Positions 39,352 through 52,254 of a stretch of 64,000 nucleotides of DNA are shown here, piece by piece. Source of the DNA: Macrostomum lignano. Lineage: Eukaryota. How positions within the stretch are numbered: position 1 is the first letter of the stretch; each line of letters starts with the position of its first letter. The stretch lies in the NCBI GenBank assembly GCA_002269645.1, contig NIVC01001484.1, positions 62,001 to 126,000 on the forward strand, written 5' to 3'. The notes under the pieces are model-generated. The model had not been told where the DNA came from and searched no databases. It worked only from the letters and a program-made list of their open reading frames with translations. Position numbers and translations under genes: made by a program.

Positions 39352-40057
39352 TTGGCATGATATGCGCAGTTTAAGTAGTCCCTGGATATGCGAGGGCAAT
39401 TTCCATCTGCTTCAGCTGGCCTCTCAATGCTCAGAATTGAATAGCAATTAACGTCAATGCCGAATGAAATGAAAATCCTAAACTTTCTGTAAATTTCTTC
39501 CTGCCCCACCTGAAAAGTGCAGTAATAACCGCACGTAACAAACTCGTGCATTATTTCACATTTGCTGCTCATTGACGATGGCTCAGCAGGGATGGAGGGA
39601 TAAAGAGACTGGGAGAATGCCCTACGTTGAGCGTGAATGCTTTATTTCCGAGGCATAATTTAATTAGGCCATAAACAGCGCTGAGGATCGCTGATCCCGG
39701 GAGCTGGGCAGTCTGTTCAGCGGAGATAAGCGGGACTATAATGGAGGGAAGAGATTGACCTGCAGCCCAGGGGCCGACTTGCACTTCCCTGACGCGTTGC
39801 AGTTCGGGATAGATGATGCTGCGCTTGCAACTCCATCCCGGGGGTGGAAATAGATGAACTTACAGGGAGCTGGAATATGGCACCTATGGATGCTGGGGGG
39901 TTTCTATTCACTTGTAACTGCTGGATTTCTGCAGCTGGCAATGTTAGCGATTAACACACTGAGAAACTGAGTTCTCTGAGGGATCAGGGGCGAACAGAGG
40001 TTTCTGTGGCCCGGAGAGTCTGACAAGAGCTTGAGAGCGATTAAATGTTAAAGGGCT

Positions 40058-40362
40058 ACGCTCTGATTGCACCTGAGTCACTAAGCTCTGATTGCACCTG
40101 AGTCACTAAGCTCTGATTGCACCTGAGTCACTAAGCTCTGATTGCACCTGAGTCACTAAGCTCTGATTGCACCTGAGTCACTAAGCTCTGATTGCACCTG
40201 AGTCACTAAGCTCTGATTGCACCTGAGTCACTAAGCTCTGATTGCACCTGAGTCACTAAGCTCTGATTGCACCTGAGTCACTAAGCTCTGATTGCACCTG
40301 AGTCACTAAGCTCTGATTGCACCTGAGTCTCTAAGCTCTGATTGCACCTGAGTCACTAAGCT
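40058..40362. repeat. 25-bp minisatellite GCTCTGATTGCACCTGAGTCACTAA
   Basis: About 12 near-perfect copies. Confidence 0.96.
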
Positions 40363-40439
40363 GTGACAGCACCTATAAAACATCCCTCAGGCCCAACAAA
40401 CGAAACCATATCAGCACGCCAAGAAACCCAGTGCTAAAC

Positions 40440-41421
40440 CTTGGCAGGCTGCCCATCACTGTGGACGCCTGAGTGAGGATGCCCAGCAGGGTGAGCAGCC
40501 CCAGAGTCACTCTGGCGGGCACGGCCTCAATGTTGATCCAGAAGTTGAGCCAGCTCACGGCCACGATCAGGATGGCGGGGATGTAGGTGCCGGACAGGTA
40601 GCTCCCCAGCTGCCGCTCCAGCTTGAAGACGGCCTTCAGGCACGCGTAGCTGCCAGTGGTTGTCGCGCTGTCTCGAGTGCAGTCGCTGACAGCCACGCCA
40701 GCCGGGGTGTTGAACTCGGAGATCTGCATGGATGTGTCCAGCTCCACTGGCTGGCTGGTGCTCTGCTCCCGCTTCCAGTGGAACACCAGGTTCTTGGTGG
40801 TGTACCCGTAGCTGCCGATGTTGATGTAGCACGTCTGCGTGTCCATAGGAAACGTCTGCAGCTGCATCTGGCAGGAGAACTTCATGGTCACCTTCTGCGA
40901 GTACAGAATGCTGCCGTCTGGGTCCACCCTGATCAGGTAGTTCGGCTGCGTCATCTTGTGCAGGTAGCCCTCCTTGCCGTTGCGGAAGAACAGGTCCGGC
41001 AGCCAGAGGTTCTCCTTCTTGGCGGGAATGGCGATGGACTCGTTGTAGAAGCGGAACTGGTTGTGGTGCCACATGAGGCGGTGGTCCTTCCAGTACTGGC
41101 GCAGGTACATGTCCAGCGTGAACTCCATGTTGATGACGTCCACCTTGTTGATGCTGAGGATCTTCATGTTGACGAACACCTCAGTCGGAGGCTCGACAAG
41201 CAACATTTCGTTGCCAGCTTTGGCTGGCGAACCGTCCCTGTCGCAGTGAGGCGACGGCCTCTGGTGCTTGTTGTAGCCGCGGAAGATGTGCTCCACAATT
41301 CTGTCCACCACACCGCTGTGGTTCCCGCCGCCTCCGCCACCGACTCCAGTGGCCGCTCGCCGCTGGCCAAGCAGATGAGGCTGCAGCGGAGTAGCTGCAT
41401 GACAAACCAGTGACTCAGCAT
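40440..41421 (-). CDS. Cys-loop anion channel (GluCl/GlyR-like) exon B: signal peptide, ECD, TM1, TM2; apparent 1-nt frameshift near the N-terminus
   Basis: Cys-loop CQMQLQTFPMDTQTC, loop C DC...TGSYACL, AVPARVTLG, phase-2 donor AG|GTTTAG at 40439. The ATG at 41421 (MLSHWFVMQLLRCSLICLASG) is out of frame with the ECD by 1 nt. Confidence 0.82.
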
Positions 41422-42094
41422 GACTGCCTTGAGCTCTTGAGCTTTTTCGTAGCCGTTAAACTCAGTTTTATACAGAGCAACCGGGACCAGCCAATCCCAG
41501 ATAGAGAGGCCGTCTTGCGGGTCTCAGCCGAGGGTTTTTGCTCTCCAATGCGAGCCGGAGTTTAGCCGAACGATGGCGCTCTTGACGCAGCTTCTCGGGT
41601 GTTTTTTTACAGGTGCGAGGCGAATTTCCATGGGAGAAAAAGTGATTCTGAGAAGCCTGAAGCCTCGTTGTTGCACTGACAACTTGGCGAGTCGATACGC
41701 ATTTTCATTGCACCACGGTTGCCATGGCGCGTCTGTCGAGAGGCCACGAATTTATGTATACAAACCTCTGAGACAACTAATAGCTAAGTTTCAGCGAGAT
41801 ATTGATATATCGTTCTTTGTTTGTTTTACTACTGATAGTAGAGACCCTGGAGCGTGATGAAAAATATTGTGATTTCCATTTTCTTGGATGCATGCGTCTG
41901 ACGCTGATTCCCGGTGACTTGGACCACCTTTTCTGACACGATGTAGCATTTTCCTCTGCGTCAGACTGACTGACCCAGTCCTTTGCGCATAATCCGACTC
42001 ATTTTGCGTGTCTGGCCAATACAGACCATGTAGCTCGTATGTATGCGTCTGACCACACAACCGTGTGCATTTGACTCACTTTGTCTGTTCGTCT

Positions 42095-42360
<266 letters not shown>

Positions 42361-43234
42361 TTTGCTGCACACTCAGACCGCGAGAATATCGTCAATAATA
42401 GATACTCGTAGATTAATAGAATGCTATCATTTCATATAGCAGAAAAACAGTGCATTGCTACTCAGATGTTGCTAACATATTTTGGTCCTGCTAAGCTGCC
42501 ATTGATTTCAGCTTGCGCCACAGCCTGTCTAATTTGCAGACTCATTCTCTCATGCCCGACAGTCTCCGGGCCCAGGCAATACTGCCAGAAATGCGACCCG
42601 CAGTGCAGGAGCGAGAGGCCGTCCCCAGAGTGGGTCATCAAAGGCTCAGCGCTATGCATAGCCTCGCTATATTTATATCACACTTATTGGTATGAGGACT
42701 CATGCTCAAAACTGCATGGAGGACAGCACATCGGTGACTCCCCGGGTAACTAACTCACTCCAGAGCTCCATTTCCCAGCGAGATTGGACTGCGACTTTTT
42801 CAATTTGCCAGGCGTTAGCGGCGGAGGCGGAGAGTTGAGGAAAGTGGTGGAGACCGCAAGATGGCGCAAGTCTCACCGGCACTGTTGGCTACTCAACTCT
42901 CTAGCTTCTCAAGGCCACTATGCTCTCCACTCTTCTCCCAGACCCTCCTACAACCGCTGAGAAGTGTGGAGGTGAAGTTTTGCTTTTCCTCCTGCCCTCT
43001 CAGCAAGGGGTCCCCACCGTCCCCTGCTCACCTGGTGTGCTGTGAGCTCTCTCGCTCTCTCTCTAGTGGCTCAGCGCGCGACATTGAGAGTGAAAATATT
43101 ACAATAATTCTTTTAATATTTTGGAAGAACTTCTAATGATAAGTCATAACAGCTTAGGCAGTGCAGAGAATGCTGACATTGACTGCGTTTTGCCAATAGC
43201 CAATAAATCTAAACTCTCTCAAAGACACCAAACG

Positions 43235-43530
43235 AAGATGGAGATTCCCCAAGGACGCCCAACCAGGATGGAGATTCACCAAGGACGCCCAAGATTCTCA
43301 CAAGGACACCCAACCAGGATGGAGATTCCCCAGTGACACCAATCAGGATGGAGATTCACAAGTCACACCCAACAAGGATGGGGATTCCCACAAGAACACT
43401 CAACCAAAGTGAAGATTCCCCAAGGACGCCCAACCAGGATGGAGATTCCCCAAGGACGCCCAACCAGGATGGAGATTCCCTAGTGACACCAACCAGGATT
43501 GAGATTTCCATCCAAATCAAGATGGAGAAT
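43235..43530. repeat. Degenerate ~30-bp minisatellite (CCAACCAGGATGGAGATTCCCCAAGGACGC)
   Basis: Tandem imperfect copies just inside the intron after channel exon A. Confidence 0.85.
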
Positions 43531-43565
43531 CCTTGCTATTAAACTGCTCAGACTCCGCCACTCAC

Positions 43566-44572
43566 CTGGGCAGGTTGTTGATGACGGACATGCCCTGAGT
43601 GAGGATGCCCAGCAGGGTGAGCAGCCCCAGAGACACCCTGGCGGGCACGGCCTCAACGTTGATCCAGAAGTTGAGCCAGCTCACAGCGATGATCAAGATG
43701 GCGGGGATGTAGGTAGCAGACAGGTAGCTTCCCAGCTGCCGCTCCAGCTTGAAGACGGCCTTCAGGCACGCGTAGCTGCCCGTGCTGGTGGTGCTGCTTT
43801 TCGAGCAGTCGATCACCTTGACACTTTTGGGCGTGTTGAACTCGGAGATCTGCATGCTGGAGTCCAACTCGACGGGGCTCTTCTTGCCCTTCAGCCAGCG
43901 GAACTCCAGGTTCTTGGTGGTGTACCCGTAGCTGCCGATGTTGATGTAGCACGTCTGCGTGTCCATAGGAAACGTCTGCAGCTGCATCTGGCAGGAGAAC
44001 TTCATGGTCACCTTCTGCGAGTACAGAATGCTGCCGTCTGGGTCCACCCTGATCAGGTAGTTCGGCTGCGTCATCTTGTGCAGGTAGCCCTCCTTGCCGT
44101 TGCGAAAGAACAGGTCGGGCAGCCAGAGGTTCTCCTTCTTGGCGGGAATGGCGATGGACTCGTTGTAGAAGCGGAACTGGTTGTGGTGCCACATGAGGCG
44201 GTGGTCCTTCCAGTACTGGCGCAGGTACATGTCCAGCGTGAACTCCATGTTGATGACGTCCACCTTGTTGATGCTGAGGATCTTCATGTTGACGAACACC
44301 ACGGTGGAGTCCTCCTCAATGCGGCCGTCCGGCCGGGAGCGGCGGGCCGGCACCGGACGCTGGTGCTTGTTGTAGCCCTGGAAGATGCTCTCCACAATGC
44401 GGTCAACGATGTTCGTGTAGTTCGGGGCCGCTGCGCCCTGCCGGATGCCGCCGCCGTCCCCGGTGGCCACGGCGGCCAGCACGCTGACTGACGACGGTGT
44501 CGCCGCACTGAGCAGCAGACCGACTGTCAGCAGGACGCCTGCCAGCAGGCCGCCACCCGCCCGGAGCTGCAT
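43566..44572 (-). CDS. Cys-loop anion channel (GluCl/GlyR-like) exon A: signal peptide, ECD, TM1, TM2
   Basis: ATG at 44572 (MQLRAGGGLLAGVLLTVGLLLSA signal), Cys-loop, loop C, AVPARVSLG, phase-2 donor AG|GTGAGT at 43565. Splicing to 37971 gives an intact 495-aa subunit. Confidence 0.9.
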
Positions 44573-45944
44573 AAGTGAAGTGACGGCGTGCTGAAGTTGA
44601 CGCTTGCCGCTGTTCAACAGCCGGGCCAGCTGAGGTGCTCGGCTTGGCGGTTCTCGCCCGCCTCCGGACCCCCCCCCCCGCTCCTTCTTCTTCGCTCCGG
44701 CAGCCGCGCCCGGTTGGCTGCCGCTCCGGACTCAGCTGGTTGGCCCTGCAGCGGGCCGTGACGCAGCCGGAAAATAAATCAATTATTGATCGAGGGGAAC
44801 GGCCCCGACCTCTGAGGACTGTCACTCCTTCTCCACCTCTAAGCTTCAGCCCGTTCCGCTGCTCTCGCATTCATTCTACGGGGCCGACTTGCGCAAGGCG
44901 CCCCCGCGACCTGCGGTGAAAAAGTCTCTTAAGTAGCGAGTGGAGACTGCTGCTGTAGGGCAGAGGCCTTCAGTGCCCCTCTTATCCGGAGGCTGAGGTC
45001 AGGCGCATTGTCTTTACTGCGGCTCAGGATCTGCCTGTCTCCGCCTTCTGATTACTGTGTAGTGAGATGCTCATTTTATCAGGTTAATTAGCTTCTAGTG
45101 TTCAGATATTGGATGTCGAAAAGGTAATGTTCTCTTCTACTTGAGCTAATTGAGCCCTGTGTCTGGGTCTCTGCTCCGATGCCTATGACTCAGTATAGAC
45201 ACTGCTCAGATGCCTATGACTCAATAGGCACTACTCAAGAGATATTTAATTTATAACATCAAATGAGCAACACTACATATCGGCAGATACAAGCACACCA
45301 ATGAGGTGGTGGGGAGGCGGGCACTGCTCTCCTGCCTCTCCTCTCCATCCTGCCTTCCTCTTAAACCAAAAGCTCGGGCTCTTGAAATGCAAACTTTCGG
45401 CTGTATTGGCTAACGAGCTCGGGGCTTGAAGGCCTATTCGAGTTTCGAATACCCACTGAGAGCTCGGGACAGGTGGGGAAAGATTAGAGTCGAGCGGATC
45501 AAAACCGGATTGAGATGGACTTTCGATTGAGTCTTTCCCCCGAGGCCTCTCGGTTCGAATTCCGAGACTAATAGGGGGCAAAAGGGGGGCTTAGGGGAGT
45601 CAGGTGAGAGGTAACTTGAGAGACAATCGGTCCGGATGGAGTTGAAGGGAGCTGGGATGAGCGCGGGGGGGGGCAGCAGAGCACGCGATCCCCAGCTTAA
45701 AACCCCCAACTTTCTGAAGCAAAAATCGCTACAATTTAATCTGGCACCGTGCGCTCCTGGCTTCTGACTGTCGTCTTCGTTTTTAAAGAACTTTAAACAG
45801 CATGAATAAGCTGTAAAACTGTCCTCCCTCTGACTCATGATATCATAATAGCCTAATTAAAATCTTTTTCCGATGCCTGGAAAGCTGTCGAAATCTTTTG
45901 GAAAGGTAGCTAGATACTAGTAATAAGAGTTTAGAAGTAAGTGA

Positions 45945-46325
45945 CAGAAGATACAAGTGAGTGACGGAATTTACAGGTGAGGGACGGAAGATACAGGTGA
46001 GGGACGGAAGATACAGGTGAGTGACAGAAGATACAGGTGAGTGACAGAAGATACAGGTGAGGGACGGAAGATACAGGTGAGGGACGGAAGATACAGGTGA
46101 GTGACAGAAAATACAGGTGAGTGACGGAAGATACAGGTGAGTGACGGAAGATACAGGTGAGTGACAGAAGATACAGGTGAGTGACAGAAGATACAGGTGA
46201 GTGACAGAAGATACAGGTGAGTGAAAGAAGATACAGGTGAGTGACAGAAGATACAGGTGAGTGACAGAAGATACAGGTGAGTGACAGAAGATACAGGTGA
46301 GTGACAGAAGATACAGGTGGACGGT
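45945..46325. repeat. 20-bp minisatellite GTGACAGAAGATACAGGTGA
   Basis: Tandem copies. Confidence 0.96.
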
Positions 46326-47344
46326 ACAAAAAGGTAAGAGTTGCAACTGTGTAAACGGAAGCGCGCTTAGTGAAACATTTAAAATCTTACGTCAGCGAAA
46401 GCAAGTTGCGCAGACCATGCAGCATTCAGCCGAAAGCAGCATCAGATCTGCGAGTTAAAAAAAGCTACAAAATACAGACTGAGAGACCTGAGCGGATCTG
46501 AGAGTCGCGGGAGGCCAATGCAGAGTCCGCACCCCCAAAGCCTCTCTACCCAACCCCTCACCCCCAATGTCGATAATGCGAGCTGCCTTGCGTAGCAGAA
46601 ATTAGAGAGGCTGGCGGACAGACAGTGAGAGACAGAAGATGATGCAGTCCGCAGAGAGGCGCATTAGTATGCAAAGAACCGGGCAATTTTTGCGAGCTGC
46701 ATGGCATGAACTGTTCATCACCAAGAAATAAAGTTCCTCATCCCTCCTTGAAGCAGCGAAATGGCAGAATCGCAGTGTCCATTGCTTGCATGCTGCAGGA
46801 AATCGAAGAAGAGTATTCTGCTTTTGCTGCCTGCAGTCAATATTTCCCGATGCGACGGAGCCGGCCATGGGAGACTGAGGGGGGAGGCCGGGCTCCCACA
46901 GCAGCTGGAAGCCGCTCCTAGCTGGCACAGCGGGGTCTGGGGAGATTTCCCATGGAAATCGAGCGGACACGAAAGCATGGAGATCCGCCTGAGAATAGGC
47001 TTTCCATCTCAACGGTGAAGTTTCTGAGCACAGCAAACAGGGCAATTAGCGATTTTTAAAATGATTTTTCGATTTAGGAACTGAGAACTGTCCGGTGCAA
47101 TCAGCCAGTCCTAATGGAATTGCGAGATCAGAGGCAAGTTACAGCGGGTGTTTGTTTCTAGGAATCTGATGGGAGCTCTGGGGCCGCTTCGCTTGTGCTG
47201 CCGTTTTTGGATTGAATGCCGTGGTGCGAATTTCATTAACTGCTTCTGCGGCTGGGAGAGACGTGCAGAAATAGATAGAGACATACGAGTGGAAAAAGAC
47301 AGAAAGGCGCGCAGGCAGACAGAGAGACTGGGAGAGGGACAGAA

Positions 47345-47410
47345 AGACAAACAGACAGACAGACACTAAGACAGACAGACAGATACAGACAGACAGACAG
47401 ACAGACACTA

Positions 47411-47443
<33 letters not shown>

Positions 47444-47471
47444 CAGACAAATAGACAGACACGGACAGAAG

Positions 47472-47527
<56 letters not shown>

Positions 47528-47607
47528 CAGACAAATAGACAGACACGGACAGAAGGACAGACAGACAGACAGACAGACACAGACAGACAGAGAGACAGAC
47601 AGACAGA

Positions 47608-47702
<95 letters not shown>

Positions 47703-47878
47703 GACAGACAGAAAGACAGACAGACGACAGACAGACAGACAGACAGACAGACACAGACAGACACACAGACAGACAGACAGAGACAGACAGACAGACAGAG
47801 ACAGACAGACAGACAGACAGAGACAGACAGACAGACACTAAGACAGACACAGACAGACAAACAGACATACAGACAAGC
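47345..47878. repeat. Interrupted (CAGA)n microsatellite
   Basis: Tetranucleotide array. Confidence 0.96.
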
Positions 47879-48499
47879 ACAGGCGGCTTTTGCATGACCA
47901 TGGCCATAAGCCGCCTGACGAGCAGCTGCAGCAGCAGCTGCCAACCACTAAGGTTAAAAGGAGCAGAAAGCAGCAGCCCCGGAGCTGCTAACGAGACCCA
48001 GCAGGCTCAGCGGACGAAGGCAGCAGAGGCCTAACGGCCACCCAAGCCCAGCAGCTAAGCTGCTTTCTTTCTTTTCCTCCCCCCCCCTCCATCTTGCTTT
48101 TTTTACGACTCCGGCGGCCGCGTCTCGGCCAGTTGGGGGCTTCAGGCCGGGCGGTAATCGATAGTTTTAATTATTCAACTCGATGGGCCGAGCTGCCGCC
48201 GCCGACTGGGAAGGGGAGCTGGGCAGCCGATGAGGGTGACCGCAGGCATGCAGCTGTCCGCACAGATGGGGAGGGGGTGACGGGCGAATCCTCGCCGGCG
48301 GTCACTACTGCCAAACATGATAGAGAAGCTTGAGAAGCCGTGCGGCTCAATTATGCTTTGAGATGTGACGAGAGCGGCTGACAGTGAAGTAGAGGTGGAG
48401 ATGGAGAGTGAGGGTTAGGGCAGACAAGAGGAACTAGATAGTAGCCAGTAGAGTTTGGCAAGGAGAGGTAGGTAGAGAAGTAGAGTGGGACTGGGAGAG

Positions 48500-49130
48500 G
48501 GAAATAGAGAACTGTAGCAGAGTGGGGCAATCAGAGGGAGAAAGAGAAGTAGAGTGCGGCAGGGAGAGGTAGGTAGAGAAGTAGAGTGCGGCAGGGAGAG
48601 GTAGGTAGAGAAGTAGAGTGCGGCAGGGAGAGGTAGGTAGAGAAGTAGAGTGCGGCAGGGAGAGGTAGGTAGAGAAGTAGAGTGTGGCAGGAAGAGGTAG
48701 GTAGAGAAGTAGAGTGCGGCAGGGAGAGGCAGGTAGAGAAGTAGAGTGCGGCAGGGAGAGGTAGGTAGAGAAGTAGAGTGAGGCAGGGAGAGGTAGGTAG
48801 AGAAGTAGAGTGAGGCAGGGAGAGGTAGGTAGAGAAGTAGAGTGCGGCAGGGAGAGGTAGGTAGAGAAGTAGAGTGAGGCAGGGAGAGGTAGGTAGAGAA
48901 GTAGAGTGAGGCAGGGAGAGGCAGGTAGAGAAGTAGAGTGGGGCAGTGAGAGGTAGGTAGAGAAGTAGAGTGCGGCAGTGAGAGTGCGGCAGGGAGAGGC
49001 AGGAAGAGAAGTAGAGTGCGGCAGGGAGAGGTAGGTAGAGAAGTAGAGTGCGGCAGAGAGAGGTAGGTAGAGAAGTAGAGTGGGGCAGTGAGAGGTAGGC
49101 AGAGAAGTAGAGTGCAGCAGGGAGAGGCAG
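48500..49130. repeat. 32-bp purine-rich minisatellite (AGAGAAGTAGAGTGCGGCAGGGAGAGGTAGGT)
   Basis: Tandem copies. Confidence 0.95.
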
Positions 49131-49861
49131 CCAGTTGAACACTCGGCAATAAAATTCAGCAACCAGAATCAATCGGTGGAAGTGAAAGCCAATTAGCAAG
49201 TGCAGGAAAGACAAAATGGCACAAATAGCCGCTGTCCATTAGAACCACAGTATATATATGATTATATTTCACTAATTATTAATCTTTCGGTTTACAAAAA
49301 AGTGAATTAATTCAATGGACAGCAATTAGAGTCGGATGGTGGCTTCGAAAGTTTCAATTGCCGGTTGTAAGCAGACATATTCATTGGGTACAGCGTATAG
49401 ACAGGGTGATAGCGACAGGTCACAGGCTAACAGCAATATAGGGAGGGTGAGCGCGCATGAGCATACGAATCTCAAACACTAAATCTGAATGTCTGCAACA
49501 ACTATGCATGAAAACATGGTTATATAAGTAAATTCTAGGGTAGCATACGCACTGCATGCTACTGACACAAAATAGTAGAATTATAAGCGAATATCAGCAA
49601 ACGTGCGTTTTTTTCAACAATATGAATCAATCATATTTTGAGGCGAAATCAGACGCCAAGCAGTTTACAGGGTGTTTGATTTTTTATATCAATTTAAAAC
49701 ACGAGTCAGTACTTACTGAACTGTTATTGGGTAATTTTACAAGCATAAATTATATTTATTCACTATATAAGAAAGGGCGGCTTATTTGCAAAGGAGTAGT
49801 TACAATTAAAAATATTATTGTGGAAATTAAACTTCATACCACTAAAATAAATCGGAATTGG

Positions 49862-50477
49862 TGTGAGGTGGTGGGTATGGGGCAGGGGTTGGCGTGAGGT
49901 GGTGGGTCTGGGGCAGGGTTTGGCCTGAGGTGGTGGGTCTGGGGCAGGGGTTGGCGTGAGGTGGTGGGTCTTGGACAGAGGTTGGCGTGCGTGAGGTGGT
50001 GGTTCTGGGGCAGGGTTTGGCCTGAGGTGGTGGGTCTGGGGCAGGGTTTGGCCTGAGGTGGTGGGTCTGGGGCAGGGTTTGGCCTGAGGTGGTGGGTCTG
50101 GGGCAGGGGTTGGCGTGAGGTGGTGGGTCTGGGGACGGGGTTTGGCGTGAGGTGGTGGGTCTGGGGAAGGGGTTTGGCGTGAGGTGGTGGGTCTGGGGCA
50201 GGGTTTGGCCTGAGGTGGTGGGTCTGGGGCAGGGTTTGGCCTGAGGTGGTGGGTCTGGGGCAGGGGTTGGCGTGAGGTGGTGGGTCTGGGGAAGGGGTTT
50301 TGCGTGAGGTGTGGGTCTGGTGAAGGGGTTTGGCGTGAGGTGGTGGGTCTGGGGCAGGGGGATGTCGTGAGGTGGTGGGTCTGGGGAAGGGGTTTGGCGT
50401 GAGGTGGTGGGTCTGGGGAAGGGGTTTGGCGTGAGGTGGTGGGTCTGGGGCAGGGGTTTGGCGTGAGGTGGTGGGTA
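49862..50477. repeat. ~31-bp G-rich minisatellite (TGAGGTGGTGGGTCTGGGGCAGGGTTTGGCC)
   Basis: Tandem copies with several G-runs per unit. Confidence 0.95.
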
Positions 50478-51164
50478 GTATGATTGGTTATAACCCAAGC
50501 AAGAAAATCATACTAATGGGATGGGTCAGCATAGTATAAATTAAAACCAAATGTTAGCATAGCTTTTTTTAGCAGCTGAAGACGCGGCACAGACAGCGAG
50601 GGAACGGTGGCCAATGCAGAGTAGCAAAAGGAAGACATTAACTAATTCTGCATATATTATATTGCGCAAGCGAGACTCCTATTGCCGGTCTGAATAAGCA
50701 AATATAGTTGTATAAAACTTGCATCTCTACTAAGTAAGTAGCGACTGGTGAAAACGGATGACACGCAGTAGGGAGAAACTCAAATAATAAAAAAGCGAAG
50801 TCTGTTTATCCAGTACTGCAGACATTCAATGATAAATTCTCATGATTTTAACCGTGCAAAAGCTTGTGACATTGTGCGCGTTGATGTCTACTGACAGTAC
50901 GCAAAGACGACTGGGAGAAATGGATTAAATATAGCCAAACAAACGGATAAAAAGAGATGGGTACAAGTTAATTTAGTAGTCATATTTACGATGCAAGCGA
51001 GCAAAAGCGACAATCATCAATGCTGGTTAGATAAGCGATGAGGAAATTTCAGTCATCAGAGGAAAAACGTCTTGCGCAATTTTCCGCGCCAAGCAATTAT
51101 TAACAGGCTGACTGGTCTACGAAACTAACGATATCAATACTGACTTGATAAAGGCTGTTGCTAA

Positions 51165-52110
51165 GCGAAGCTACTGTTGCTAAGGGAGGATACAGTTGCT
51201 AAATGAGGATACTGTTGCTGGGGGAAGATACTGTTGCTAAGGGAGGATACTGTTGCTAAAGGAGGATACTATCGCTAAGGGAAGCTACAGTTGCTAAGGG
51301 AATGCATCAGTTGCTAAGGGGAAGCTACTGTTGCTAAGAGAAGCTACTGTTGCTAAGAGAAGCTACTGTTGCTAAGAGAAGCTACTGTTGCTTAGGCAAT
51401 AATTTAGTTGCTAGGAAAAGCTAATGTTGCTAAGGGGAAGCTACTGTTGCTAAGGGAAAGCTACTGTTGCTAAGGGGAAGCTACTGTTGCTAAGGTAATG
51501 ATTCAGTTCCTAAGGGAAGCTACAGTTGCTAAGGGAATGCATCAGTTGCTAAGGGGAAGCTACTGTTGCTAAGGGGAAGCTACTGTTGCTAAGGTAATGA
51601 TTCAGTTCCTAAGGGAAGCTACAGTTGCTAAGGGAATGCATCAGTTGCTAAGGGGAAGCTACTGTTGCTAAGGGGAAGCTACTGTTGCTAAGGGGAAGCT
51701 ACTGTTGCTAAGGGGAAGCTACTGTTGCTAAGGGAAAGCTACTGTTGCTAAGGTAATGATTCAGTTCCTAAGGGAAGCTACAGTTGCTAAGGGAATGCAT
51801 CAGTTGCAAAGGGGAAGCTACTGTTGCTAAGGGGAAGCTACTGTTGCTAAGGGGAAGCTACTGTTGCTAAGGGAATGCATCAGTTGCTAAGGGGAAGCTA
51901 CTGTTGCTAAGGGGAAGCTACTGTTGCTAAGGGAAAGCTACTGTTGCTAAGGTAATGATTCAGTTCCTAAGGGAAGCTACAGTTGCTAAGGGAATGCATC
52001 AGTTGCAAAGGGGAAGCTACTGTTGCTAAGGGGAAGCTACTGTTGCTAAGGGGAAGCTACTGTTGCTAAGGGAATGCATCAGTTGCTAGGAGAAGCTACT
52101 GTTGCTAAGG
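51165..52110. repeat. 20-bp minisatellite (AAGCTACTGTTGCTAAGGGG) with higher-order blocks
   Basis: Tandem copies with recurring variant units (GGTAATGATTCAGTTCCT, GAATGCATCAG). Confidence 0.95.
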
Positions 52111-52254
52111 GGACTAATTAACCTTTCAAGCTGCTTTTTACATCGTCAATCGGGCAGCAAGACCAACGCGACTGTATTAAATTTCAATTCAAAAATCGGG
52201 TGTCAATATTTTGAACAATCGTACACAGACAAGCATTAGGCTGAGAAGTACTAC

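Noticed and set aside
46490-46504. 15-bp match (GAGCGGATCTGAGAG) to the array at 1-418
   Set aside because: A single short match that cannot be distinguished from chance without a genome-wide search.
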